Positions 27,002 through 39,735 of a stretch of 64,000 nucleotides of DNA are shown here, piece by piece. The stretch comes from Octopus sinensis (lineage: Eukaryota). Both the position numbers and the translations under genes were made by a program. The notes below the pieces were generated by a model. It worked only from the letters and a program-made list of their open reading frames with translations, did not search any database and was not told the origin of the DNA. The stretch is from contig NC_043004.1 in NCBI RefSeq assembly GCF_006345805.1, forward strand, positions 74,586,001-74,650,000. Reading direction: 5' to 3'. Numbering within the stretch: position 1 is the first letter of the stretch; every line of letters begins with the position of its first letter.

Positions 27002-27966
27002 GTGAGTAAATGAAGTCTTCCTTTTTTTCTTGTTGCCTTTTCTTATTTCATTTCCACCATTAATCGCTTGCAATGTATTTAACCGCCTGAATATCAGGTG
27101 CCACTCTTCTTGCTCTGGTGATTTGTTCGTTTGATTCATTCAGTTATTATATATCGTTTCTCTTATATCAGAAAATAGTAAACTTGACAGTCCATATCTT
27201 TTCACAAAGACACATGAGTCAAATAATAAATCACGCATAGTACGGAATTGCTTTTTTAATGTAAAGTTTGGTTTAATCCTTTTAGAAAGTTAGGTGGGTA
27301 TGTTCTGTGTGAATGACGAAATCAGTTTCTCGGAAAACCACTTGAGCGTAATTGCTAATTTCTTTTTCGTTTTCTACTAGTTTCGCCCATTTCGTAATTG
27401 TAATTAATTAGTAGTTGTACAATATACTTTGAAACCCTGACCAGATATATTAGAGTATCGTTCCTAGGATTTAATTCGTGACATTCTGATTAGTATTAAA
27501 CGAAATATGAGAGCAAGAAAAGGCAGTATTAGTAAAAATGGCGATCGAAATACATTGCATTATTTAGTGAAGCCACTTCCCTTTCGGAATTCAAATCCTG
27601 TCACAATTAACGTGGTATTTCTTCCTTCTGAGGCCTTTAAAGTAAGTACCAGCTCAATAAAGTGGCCCTTCTAAAAAATTGATCATCTTTCTAAATGTAT
27701 ACCGTTGTGTCCACATTAGAAATCAATATTGGGGGAAATATTTCAATCTAAAATAAGCCAAGAAATTAGACACTTCGAACGTAGAACGCATTGTCTGCAG
27801 CCCGGCTTTTCTATTTCGTTCAGTACAGTAACAGGGATTTTAGATGGTTCGCTACAAATACATTAAGAATTTATGTATGATTTAATGGGATCTGCTGAGT
27901 AAATTTCATTTTATTGATAAACACAATGGTTAAATCTATACCTTTGTTCATTATGCTATGCTTTAC

Positions 27967-28571
27967 TTTTTTCTTATTTCTTTACTGCCCACAAGGGGCT
28001 ACACACAGAGGGGACAAACAAGGATAGACAAACGGATTACGTCGATTATATCGACCCCAGTGCGTAACTGTTACTTATTTAATCGACCCCGAAAGGATGA
28101 AAGGTAAAGTCGACCTCGGCGGAATTTGAACTCAGAACGTAGCGGCAGACGAAATACCTATTTCTTTACTGCCCACAAGACGCTACACACAGAGGGGACA
28201 AACAAGGAGAGACAGACGGATTAAGTCGATTATATCGACCCCAGTGCGTAACTGCTACTTAATTTATCGACCCCGAAAGGATGAAAGGCAAAGTGAACCT
28301 CGTGGAATTGAACTCAGAACGTAACAGCAGACGAAATACCTATTTCTTTACTACCCACAAAGGGCTAAACACAGAGGAAACAAACAAGGACAGACAGACA
28401 GATTAAGTCGATTATATCGACCCCAGTGCGTAACTGCTACTTAATTTATCGACCCCGAAAGGATGAAAGAGAAAGTCGACCTCGGCGGAATTTGAACTCA
28501 GAACGTAGCGGCAGACGAAATACCGTTAAGCACTTCGCCCGGCGTGCTAACGTTTCTGCCAGCTCGTCGCC
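27967..28571 (-). mobile_element. tRNA-derived SINE (family B) with a triplicated body, in intron 1
   Basis: Three units (27975-28158, 28159-28340, 28341-28524), one head at 28525-28571, and a 16-bp TSD ttatgctatgctttac at 27951-27966 and 28572-28587. Confidence 0.92.
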
Positions 28572-29264
28572 TTATGCTATGCTTTACGTTTTTCTGTGAC
28601 TGCTATGCACTAACCTTTTGTTGATTGAATTGTCGATTTATTGTTCGTCAATTCAACCTTACAAATACTATATTGCAACACTTCACAGACGCACACATTA
28701 TACATGCATTATCTCCACACATAAGGTAGACCTGGTTTCCATGAACAGATACCCTGAAAATATAACCAGAACACAATTATTAAACATATTAAGTAAGAGA
28801 AAGTCATAACAACAAAACTATGAAAAAAAATACCAGCACGAGCCTTTCTAATCTTTAACTTTCTCACGTATTTACCACATCCATACAGCATTGCTGAAAC
28901 TATATCTGAAGTAAGAGTTTTGTTTTTCATTGTCCTCCGATATGGGTATTCTTTGTAATGGTCACAGAAAGCCCCCCGTTAGTCCATTTCTCAGCTATTC
29001 TGAACGGTGTCACTAACAGGGCAAGGAAATGATTTATATAAACATGTCCTTCTCTATGCTTGCTATGCTAGAGAATCACGGGGTAAAACAAATCTACCTT
29101 GCTAAGGGTACATTGTAGCTCAGTGCTCCTCATACAACTGGATAAATTTCTGGTTTACGAATCCATGACTCATGAACAAAACAACTCAACTAAAACCATC
29201 AAATTAACGACAATTGTCAGGTATCAAAATCCATGATAATATCTAATGATGCTCTAGGGTGGGG

Positions 29265-29440
29265 AGCTAACACGCCAGACAAAATGCTTAGTGGTGTTTC
29301 GTCCATTTCACGTTCTGGATTCAAATTCTGCCGAGGTAGACATGGCCTTCCATTCTTTCGGGCTCGATAAAATACGCACCAGTTGAGTTAAGAAGTGGTG
29401 TCAACTTAATCGAGTTAACCCCTTTCCCCGAAATTTATGG
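29265..29440 (+). mobile_element. Diverged family B SINE copy
   Basis: aatgcttagtggtgtttcgtcc...ttcaaattctgccgagg...tttcgggctcgataaaat, homologous to the 27967-28571 element. Confidence 0.75.
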
Positions 29441-30582
29441 CCAATATATTATGACTCGCCACATGTATACATTTGGCAAGGTTCTATTTCAGAGTTTGTA
29501 TTTTTTTTCTTTTTAGATTCAAGAAATATTTCAGTTTAATAAGTTACTAACTTACTACAAAACGAAATAAAGACAGAGTTGCTCACATTTATGAAACGGT
29601 GCTTCTGCTATATTCACAAAATATCTATGACTGCATAGAAAGGTTTATACGGTTGATTTACGACGATTCAAAGCATTAGAAACGCTTTAATCAGTTCCAA
29701 TAATGTAATACTTAAATCAAATTAATTGAAGAAAGCCAATTCTTCAACAAACGAATGGTAGTTTTGGTAGTTTCCCAATAAGATTCGAGCTCGAAGGTTA
29801 TAGTTAGTTACTTAACTAATATTACTAAATCAGCTCTTTTACACGTGCATGCCTTCTCTGATCTATTTTCTAAGCTATTTCTAGTTTTTTTTACGCCAAA
29901 CCGTGCAGACTTTTGTACATTGATTTAGTCATTCTCACGCTGTAATTTAGGGAAGTACAAAAAGACTATGCTAATGAAGTTTCAAGTAGACCGTAACTTA
30001 TCAGGATTTTACTTCCTCTAAGATAATTAAAAATATAATTTAAAACCTAATAACTTTATATTTCATGGGCTAATTATTCCTTGATAATGCTTTTTGATGT
30101 TTCTATTTTTCTTTTCCTTTACCAGGGCCTGATTCCCTCACAAGGGGGTAGCCACAAGACACACCCCAGATATTCCATTCATTTTCTAGCTCAAAGAGGC
30201 GAGCCCCGTCCTATGCTTTGGTCAAGGCATACAAAGCAACCCTCGATATCAGCAACGGAGCCCGACAGCATATGCTGGTTTACCCCCGCCACGTTAAATA
30301 TATTAACATTAAATGAGCTATTGCTTTTCAAGCAGATGGCGTCTATAGGAATTGCTTTCATGTTTGTATTTTAACTGACGAATTTTTTATCCGTTAAACT
30401 TTATTCATTACTCTTTCAATAAAATATTGTATCGATTTGTTTTACTGAGTCATAAAAACAGTCTTTCCCGATCGTTCGATCTGCTAGAAATATTACTTCT
30501 TTAAAATCTGAATAAAGTTTAGTTAAAAATCTTCTTGCCTATTCCTTTACATTTAAAACATTTTTTTTTATTACACGTGCAG

Positions 30583-30674
30583 GTACAAGCTGGCAGAAAG
30601 TATTTGAGATGAACAATAACACGTTTAAAAGGAGTCCGATATATAAATACTGGAACATCTTGCCTATTGAAAAG
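30583..30674 (+). CDS. Coding exon 2 (TSWQKVFEM...YWNILPIEK)
   Basis: Acceptor gtgcag, 92 nt, phase 1 to 0, donor AAG/gtaata, open frame compatible with exons 1 and 3. Confidence 0.8.
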
Positions 30675-31366
30675 GTAATACATTTTCAAAATTTCAAAAT
30701 GATTGTCGTTTGATAAACAGAATTACACAGTTATCTTCCCTTTAGGCCTTCGATGATATTTATCTTTGTCTTGTCGTGATTGTAATGGCGTATGTAATTT
30801 ATTTTCTTGATATAGTTAATGTTGTTATTGCTGTTTAAACTCTGTTGTCAATTAAGTTCCAGTTTTGATTTCTGCGTTGTTTTCATTTAAGTCTTTTTAT
30901 ATTAATTTCTTCGGCTCTCATACACAGTTACAAAATCACACACAAACACACACGTCCACAAATATTCTGGTTCGGTTATTTGTTTTAGTGAGAAACTTCA
31001 AAGATAGCTAACCATAAATGTCTAAGCAAATGCCTAAAAAGTTGAAAGAAATTAGAACGTGGTACCAAATACTACGATCACATCGTTTGATTTGCAGGAA
31101 ATAACATCCAAATGTACCATAAATCAAAAAGTACCTAACTATAGAGTACTGTATCCTTAAAAGCAATATTTTCAGAAACTACATGTTTGGAACATCCATA
31201 TGTCATCTCCCACAAAGAATATTTAAGGTTAAAGAAAAACCACAATAGATGATAGGCAAAATTCATTATTCCTGGAGGTATTGGTTCCGGGTCTTTACGG
31301 TCTGCGTTTGAATACAATCGTTGTCAATTATACCTTTCCTCAATCTAGAGCGCGTGTGCGTGTGTA

Positions 31367-31419
<53 letters not shown>

Positions 31420-32891
31420 GTACTTGTGTGTCTGTATGTTTGTGTGCATGTATTTGCGAGCGCGGGCTTGTGTATGTAAGGTAGTCATGTTTTTTCAGAT
31501 CTTTTAAATATCAATTTTATCAAATTTAGTGTACATTCATTTGGAAATATAACACAAGAACCAGGAAAAGCTTCAGAAACAAGACAGGATTCAATCATTT
31601 CAGTGCCTGAAGACACACTCCTGCTTCAACGATCGTCTGCCTGGTTGTCTTACTGAAGTTGTCATGTTTTATCAAAGTGGTTTGTTACGTTGCTAAATAT
31701 TTGGGGTTTATTGGAGCCTTTATGTCTAAAGTAGAAAGAATTTATAATGTAGCCAAGCTGTAAGTAAAGTATGAAAATACTTATAGTTTGTGGACGTTGC
31801 AACCTTAAAAAAATGTGGAATGTCATATGAAGAAGAACGGTTTCAGTTACCCAATTAGCTTCTTCGGACAGGTCAGAAGTGAAACATTGCTACTATGTGT
31901 TGTTAGCATAGATCTGCCGGGAATTTTTCCTGGTTGACAAATTTGAAGAGGACAGAAGATATGAAGAGGAGGGATTATTATTCTGTTGGAAGATGTAATG
32001 TTTGAATGATTATGCAGTCATTGGACGATTTATTAAGGATAGACTTTATGTGACTTCGTAAAGTGGAGGCTTAAATGTGAGAAATAAGACAGAAATGTTT
32101 GGAGATTGATTCAGTTTGTTGATTAATGCTATCGCTTAAATACGATGCGAATTAGTGCAGATAAACCAAATTTTCAAAGGATTTCATCTCTCTACAGTTG
32201 CATCGCTGTGGGAGGTGTACAAATACTAAGAGTATTGGAATCATGAACAGGTAAAACTTAAGGATGATTACGGAGAGCTTACCTTCAATTCTCATTCTAG
32301 TGAACTGTATACATCACCATGTTGTGACGAAATGGCAGATCGATTCAGGTCATTTTGTATTCGCAAGGTGTTCGAATAGGCATATGAGAACTACATCAGT
32401 CGTTCATCATATCTCAAAGGGTATGTCGTATTTGGGGAAGAATTTGTACATATGCCGGTAAGTGAGAATATGTTCATCTATTTTGTTTAGGATTAAAGTG
32501 CGGTAGTGAATTTCTCTGTTATATAAGTAACTATAATTCCATGTATTTTTAAAAGTTGTTGAATGTTATTTCTTACATGAAATTAATCATTACTCTGTGA
32601 TTAATTGTTAAAAATGTATTTAGAAAATGTTTGGCATTACTGGCGAAACGAATTGCAGTACAGCGTTGAGCCACTAATGAGACACTTTGCTGTGATACTT
32701 TTGTAACGATTCATGCATCATCAGAGAAGACAGATACAGAGTAAAAAGTTTCTTCTTTTCTTGACGTGTATTGGGCAGAGCTCTATGCCAGCATTTTATT
32801 CCAGGTTTCATGAGACAACCATGTTGCATTGTAGAACAAAATTGCGCGTATAATGTTCTCCATGGAGCTGTAGTTCATATATTGTTCTTCT

Positions 32892-32989
<98 letters not shown>

Positions 32990-33136
32990 TGCTGCCCCCT
33001 CGTTATCGAGTATGGCCATTGCACGAGGCTTAACTGCTACTGGCACTGTGATCGAATGTGAATATATTTATTTATTTATTTATATTTATATTTATAATTA
33101 TAATTATATTTATATTTATATATTTGTATGTATGCA

Positions 33137-33223
<87 letters not shown>

Positions 33224-33950
33224 GTATGTATAGTATAAATAGAATGTCACATTTGTGGCATTTGAGTAGCTATTTCCTGCTAACAGTTCAAGCACCAGAT
33301 TAAAATGTGATAGATTCGTATCCGGCTATTATAAATGGCAGGATTTATGTGAACATCTATTTCTTAAACTGTTTTCCTCTGAACATAGGCCTTTGCAACC
33401 GAAATATAAATGCTTTTAAACCTTTATGTGTAGTCGGAAGCTTCCCTTCTTTGTCATTTCATCTACCATTTTACTTTTGTCGCGCGCCCGCGCGTGTGCC
33501 TGTGTGTGTCTGATTCTGTGTGGTATATCTAAAATGTCTCCTAAATCTACTCGATTCTGCGCTTTCAAGATACTAAAGGAGAGTTAAATCTTCCGCCAAG
33601 TGGAGAAAAAATTGTGACACTGCACGTAATAATCCTTCCAGATATTTTTGTTTATTACTTCGTCGTTCACTTCCACCTCTCATGTGGTATACAAAAAGGC
33701 ACTCACATCTTTCTCCAGAATTCTGTCTCTGTTAAGCCCACGCCACGCGTTTCTCTTATTAGTTCTCTTTCACAACTGCCTTTCTCCGTTTGTTCTCTCT
33801 CGCACTCTATCTTACTCTCCCTCTCTCCGTCCTCATTCTCTCTATCTCCCTCTCACCCTCCTGATCTCTCACTTCATCTCATTCTCGCCTTTCTTGTCTC
33901 TCAGGTTTGTCTGATTCCTTCTTCCTTTTTGTTCAATTTTGTATTTGCAG

Positions 33951-34102
33951 GTGAAATTAGCTTTGAGAAAAAATAATACCGATGTCCATTCATTAATTTT
34001 CGACGGAAGAGGGACAACTTACAAATCGTGGTTCAGTGACAGTAGACTCATTTCCACACCGTGGTTTGGAAATTTATCAGCAAACTACAATTTGTATTTC
34101 AA
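33951..34102 (+). CDS. Coding exon 3 (VKLALRK...IFDGRGTTYKSWFSDSRLISTPW...)
   Basis: Strong polypyrimidine acceptor ttgcag; phase 0 start. The donor AA/gtacat is weak; an alternative phase-2 donor exists after 34093. Confidence 0.75.
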
Positions 34103-34208
34103 GTACATATTAAACCCTTACAGTTCTATATTTAAGAGATGAGCAATTATGTACATTATTTACATTATTTATATTTGACAGATATTTGTCCTAATTTTGT
34201 TTGTTATT

Positions 34209-34254
34209 AACACAACGTTTCTGCCGATATACCCTCCAGCATTCTTCAGGTGTC
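34209..34254 (-). ncRNA. Minimal type I hammerhead ribozyme (left arm)
   Basis: gacac CTGAAGA a tgctg-gagggtatat-cggca GAAA cg TT gtgtt. Stem I 5 pairs, stem II 5 pairs, palindromic ACGT stem III, GUU triplet. Confidence 0.75.
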
Positions 34255-34281
34255 TTGGAGAACCCATGTTCGAAATTTCCA

Positions 34282-34327
34282 AGAACCTGATGAAGGCTGG
34301 TGGGTATATCGGCAGAAACGTTGTGTT
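34282..34327 (+). ncRNA. Minimal type I hammerhead ribozyme (right arm), stem I weakened by a 1-nt deletion
   Basis: agaac CTGATGA a ggctg-gtgggtatat-cggca GAAA cg TT gtgtt. Confidence 0.6.
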
Positions 34328-34634
34328 AACAACAAACAAGATTAGGACAAATATCCGTCAAATGTAAATAATGTAAATAATGTATTTTAACCTTTTGTTT
34401 CTTTTGGTATCAACAGTTTTTCTATGATAATAATTACGATTTCTCACCTAGGTCGACAGTTACATATTTTGGAAGAAGGGTACAATTAACTATGGTGCAT
34501 CAATCTCAGTTATTAATTAGAGTTCGTTTATCAATCTCGGAAGACAAGCATGGTCAAAATCAAGGAATAAAACCAACTACAGAATGGACCGTTGATTGCA
34601 ATCTTATTGATTCTCCTTACTATAATTCTCTTAA

Positions 34635-34890
34635 ATGACGACGACGACGATAACAATGATGATGATGATGATGATCATCATCATCATCAAAATAGTAATG
34701 GTGGTAGTGGAGATGGTTATAGAGATGATGGTGATGATGATGATAATTTTGGCTGGTGATGTTGATGATGATGATGTGGTGGTGATGGTGGTAGTGGTGA
34801 TGACGATGAGGAAGAGGAGGAGGAGGAGGAAGAGAAGGAAGAGGAGGAAAAGAGCAGGAGAAATTGGAGGATGACGTTGTTGTTGTTGGT
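34635..34890. repeat. Mixed trinucleotide (GAT/GGT/GAG) repeat
   Basis: Seen directly; source of poly-M/H/S pseudo-ORFs. Confidence 0.9.
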
Positions 34891-37055
34891 GGTAGGGTAA
34901 TCTTGGGCCAAGTATAGACAGCTTTTGGGTACTGACATATAAAATATTGCCATGGGCTCACAACACCCTACCAGCCAGACAATGGTGCCTATCTTAAAAC
35001 GACTCTTACTTTGTATATCACATTAGTAAGCGACAACAGTTGAGCATGCGTTCTGGGTACCGACAAGAATATTCTGAGCATTCACTTATAGATAACTTTC
35101 AAGTCAGAGCTTATATGTAGACAACTTCCGAAGGTTTTTTGGCATGTCAGTGCTATAGAAGTGGTTACTATTACCTGTTCCACACAAGCTCTATAATTAC
35201 AGAAGTGCTTACAAATGTGTGCTGGCAGGGTCACACAGGTCATGTTTTCTGAGTCCCGGTATTAGTAATTTGAGGGCACGTGTCGAACATCAGGTGTCTT
35301 ATGTAGGAGCTTTAGGCTCTCAACTAAATTTATCTGGTGAATTGACGCACCACCTCTCTTTAGAAGGGAAGGTTGGCTTATCTTCATTTCCTTAGTTGCT
35401 ATGGCAAAAGATGTGGGTGTAGTGGATTCGATTGAAGGGCTTGAATGTTTGACAACAAGTATTTTGCACTTTGCTCAAGCTCTTATCTAGTCCCACCAGA
35501 AGAGTTGTTGTTGTTGTTGTTGTTGTTGTTAAGTTATAGAAGACGGGAGGAGTGATTAGGTTATGGTCTAGGACTTAGGGGCGGGAAAATAACTTTGGTC
35601 GTTTTGTTGTAGTCGGGGGCTCTTCGTTGACGCCCAACACCACCGGGAGGTGTCCCTCGAAGTCGCTGGAAATGGAGATCTCCAGGCCCAAATTCTTGAG
35701 CGGCTGCTGCTGTTGCTTGTCTAAGAAATATATTTATGCATATATAATGCAGCCGTTATTTATGGCCGATCAGAAAGATGTCATTGGTCTCCTGTCTATT
35801 ATTGTCCTTATCGGCGTTCACGAAACCTGCTAGCCTGAGACACATAACCTCTTTACTAACTTAGGTAGGAATACAGTCTTGGTCAGCAAGGTTGTAGAAA
35901 GTGAGCCTAAAACGAAATTCTTCGAAGTGAAAATCCTCTTCTGGGCGATATGGAGTTACTTCCCTTTCAACGGTTCCGAAAATGATCAGTTTATGCATGA
36001 TTTCCGTTTGCTGCTCAGCAAGACGGGGAAGTCTGTGCCTCCAACATGAAATTTCTTTTACGAGGGCACCGACTAAACACTTCACTTTTGGAATTTAAGA
36101 AGGCTCTCAGTCAAGCAAAGTTGACTCCGTCTGCTTCCGTTAAGGTTTGATCCAGATTATTTCAAGTGATTTCGCTTAATCCTGTATAACGTTCGCTCTT
36201 CTTTTCAACGCGTTATGTACTTGGCAAAAGACGAGACATTGTGCTATTCTGGGATTCTAGAAGGGAACCTGTGGTTGTCTAGTCATAGCTGAAAGGGCTT
36301 TTCCATTGCTCCAACATATTTCCATGTGTTTCTCCTTACGTTGTTGGTGCTGCCATTTTGCAATTGTTGTCACTATTGCTGTTCTTACTTCTGGATAGAT
36401 TGATGGTGCTGCTGTTGCTGTTGTTGTTGTTAACGCAACAGTTACAGCTACTATTACCGGCCGTGTTGTTGATGCTGTTGTTGCTGCTGCGTAGATCACA
36501 ACCAGGGATTTGCATCGATCACCCATTGGGCATTCAATGTGCAGAGTTTAGGAGCGTTCACAATATATTTTTAACACTGGTCACACAACTGAATGAGGCC
36601 TTTAACTTATATATATGCTTATATAACTAAAAGATCTTTCCCACGTTCATCTCCAATGCGTCGAATCCCAACCGACTGTCGAACTAGAAATGCACATATA
36701 TTGAGTAAGTGTATTCGATATTGTTTACAACACAAGAGCTGGATTATGTAGATCTAAATAAACTACTTCCGAAAACGAATTATACGATGAAGGTCGAGGC
36801 TGACAAATTTATTTAGAGATGGCTTTGCTCCGAACTGAACTGGAGCTAAATAATATGACCCGACTTCCCTAAATTAAAATTTTTGTATTTTATGTAGTAG
36901 ATAACAGACTGGGAATGATATATTAACCTATTTCAATGATTAAATGATAAACTGAATGATTTCATTAAACAGAACTAATTGTCGTAAATACGGCCGTAAA
37001 GTACTCCGTTCTTACGAACTTTATTGAATTCATCGGTTGTAATCTATTGTTGCAG

Positions 37056-37165
37056 CGAAGAGAGATTTGCCATCTGGCCACATACACTATACAGTGCGAT
37101 GAAAGCACAAAAGAAGGATGGTAACAACACAGGTTACGCTGTACATTACAGAGAGAATTTAAGAA
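37056..37165 (+). CDS. Coding exon 4 (EERFAIWPHTLY...HYRENLR)
   Basis: Acceptor ttgcag, 110 nt, phase 2 to 1, strong donor A/gtaagt; bridges exons 3 and 5 in frame. Confidence 0.7.
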
Positions 37166-37169
37166 GTAA

Positions 37170-37340
37170 GTATTATATTTCTTTCTTGTGTAACATTAGA
37201 GTTAGTCGGTCTATTTCTCTTGCTTGAAAATCTTAACGCCTCCAGATTATCGCTTCGACATTTACCAACGTAACCAAGTTCACGAGTGATTATCCATATA
37301 AACGTGATTGTATAATCATTGATATAAATCCGAATAGGTA
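37170..37340 (-). mobile_element. Very decayed REL-type LINE C-terminal fragment
   Basis: YTITFIWIITRELGYVGKC..NLEAL.FS resembles YKFRFIPVIIGAQGYVTHC..HLEKL.F at 43700-44035. Confidence 0.35.
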
Positions 37341-38699
37341 ATAGAATTAAAGGAGCTGCTGCTATACTAATCTTAATCACCCAGTCTTCCCTTTTCTCTT
37401 CTGTGATGGAGGTTGTCAATATCGATGGTTCCGTGGAAATTTGTGATTAATGTCTATAGAACGGCTTCTCCCATTAGACCAGCCGAGTATGCTAGATGTC
37501 AACTACGTCTCGTCCTTCTATATTTGAACCAATTCCGCTTTTAATCCTTTCGGGAATAACTAAAATAAGTACCAGTAAGATACAAAGAACAGTTGATGCA
37601 AAGAACTTACCACTCCCCCGAAATTGCTGGCTTTGCACCAATATTTGAAACCAATAGAAATATATAAGACCATATCCCATAATGCATCTACAGCATCTGC
37701 ACTTTTCCCGGCGTGCCAACGATTCTGCCAGATCGCCGCCATAAAGTCAAATGTATTATTATCGTTATTTAAGACATCGAGCTGGCAAAATCGTTCGGAA
37801 GCCTGGAAAAATTCAAATGCCGCAGGGGCTGACTTGACCTTTCATTCTTTTGAGTCGAGAAATAAGTAGCACCTGAGCGCTGGGGATTTACAACCCTACC
37901 CGAAATTGCTGACCTTGTGCCAAGACTTGAAACCAATATTATCGCCATTACTAGTAATATTACTATTAGGTATGCAGACTTTAGCTTGTCGCGGTTTTGA
38001 TTAGGTACGTGTGTTCGAAGTATTCTGGAGGCTGTGGAACGTACCAACGTTTTCGGTTGCGCCTGTGTTTAAGTGTGTGTACTTTTTTTATGAATTGAAG
38101 TGTTTATAGGAATAGTTATAACCGGAGTTAATCTACAATCGCTTATGTTCTAAAAATTCCTGAACTTGGCGACCTACTGTCAGCTGTTTGAAAGCCATAA
38201 GGCCAACGCAGTTTTTCTCTACCTGCAGTATTGTGCTTTTCTTTCATCTCACTGTAATGCTCACCGCTGGTTACTCTGTTCTTTTTTCGAGCGTGATGCT
38301 AATGGCAAAGGTCCTGATGCACTCACCATTGACAAAACTCCACAGAGGTGGGTTCTGATTACAACAACTTCCACTATGTATCTTTTTCTGAGGAAACGTT
38401 TCCACATGATGCGGGGCTTTTCAAAAACCTTTTGGATAAAAGGATATTGGAAGGCCCGTTTAAAGGCCCTGATAAAGGATTAACCCAAAGCAAGAGTAAG
38501 TGATTGACTCCTCTTTTTGTTTCTTTCTCTCTTCCTGGAACCACAATTCTAAGAATAGGTTGTATAAATGCTCGTGGCCTGAGGGCAGTATGAAAGAGAG
38601 ACATACATACATATATACATACATACATACATACATATATACATACATACACACATACATACATACATACATACATACATACATACATACATACATACA

Positions 38700-38730
<31 letters not shown>

Positions 38731-38985
38731 GTATTTGTGTAATGGATTTTTTTTAATGATTTTGTACTGTATCACGCGAAAATCAGTAATGTTCGATTAT
38801 TTGCATTTAAAATTTTAAACTATTTGATGAAGTCCTTTTTGATAGTTATTTAATTCTTCGCTTTTTATTATATTTCTTCGTCATTGTATATGAATATTTT
38901 TTTTATCTAAACAACAATGCCAGTTTTATAAAGAACCACAATCTGTATTTCAGTTGATTTAAAGCGATTTTTTCTTTTATTTCAG

Positions 38986-39041
38986 ATGAAAGCGAGAGGA
39001 ATTATGTAGATGCTATGGATATCTACATCTTATTGACATAG
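38986..39041 (+). CDS. Coding exon 5, terminal ([17 protein letters not shown])
   Basis: Strong acceptor tttttcttttatttcag, phase 1, TAG at 39039-39041. The five exons total 744 nt = 247 aa + stop. Confidence 0.65.
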
Positions 39042-39155
39042 ATATATACATACATACAAACATATATATATATATTTATATATATATATATATATAAATA
39101 CACACATATATATATATACATATAAAATAGAGACAGACAGACAGAGAATGAGAGA

Positions 39156-39197
<42 letters not shown>

Positions 39198-39602
39198 CAT
39201 GCACACGTACACACACATATATATACAGATAGATATACAAACAGAGAGGGGAAGGGACAGACACAAATGTAGAACTATATACAACATAAAGTATCTTTGC
39301 TCTTTAGTATTTTCTGTATTTTTTCATTGACTCTGAAAGCGTTGCTTTGCTTCGTAAACACTTAATAATCCTGCCATCTGCCCGTCTCTTGTTATTAGTT
39401 CACTGTAACACATTTTTCTAAAATATAAGCAAATGACTGAATAATGATGAGCTAACTCCAGGCAGGATCGAAATCACAAATCGACGCTTTCATAGCTCCT
39501 TGCGAATCTGATTGGCCAAACGCTCACCCAGTCAAATTTAGTTACACTGTCTTGATACTACATAAGTATTTTTTATAAACAAACCCGAAAGGCTTTGCGA
39601 GT

Positions 39603-39735
<133 letters not shown>

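Larger units (their letters stand above)
34152..34384. mobile_element. Foldback element with about 108-bp arms, each carrying an HHR
   Basis: Arms 34152-34259 and 34278-34384 are imperfect reverse complements around an 18-19 nt spacer. Confidence 0.88.

Noticed and set aside
27975-28524. Three regularly spaced repeats resembling a CRISPR or satellite array
   Set aside because: Whole 182-184 bp units repeat with no unique spacers, the context is eukaryotic, and the unit is a dispersed SINE body.
32301-32457. Open frame with an AG acceptor and strong gtaagt donor in intron 2
   Set aside because: The only open reading is phase 1 to 2, incompatible with the phase 0 junction of exons 2 and 3, and the peptide is unrecognisable.
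35540-36640. GC-richer block with short minus-strand ORFs in intron 3
   Set aside because: Probably a decayed LINE ORF1 region, but no motif could be recognised with confidence.
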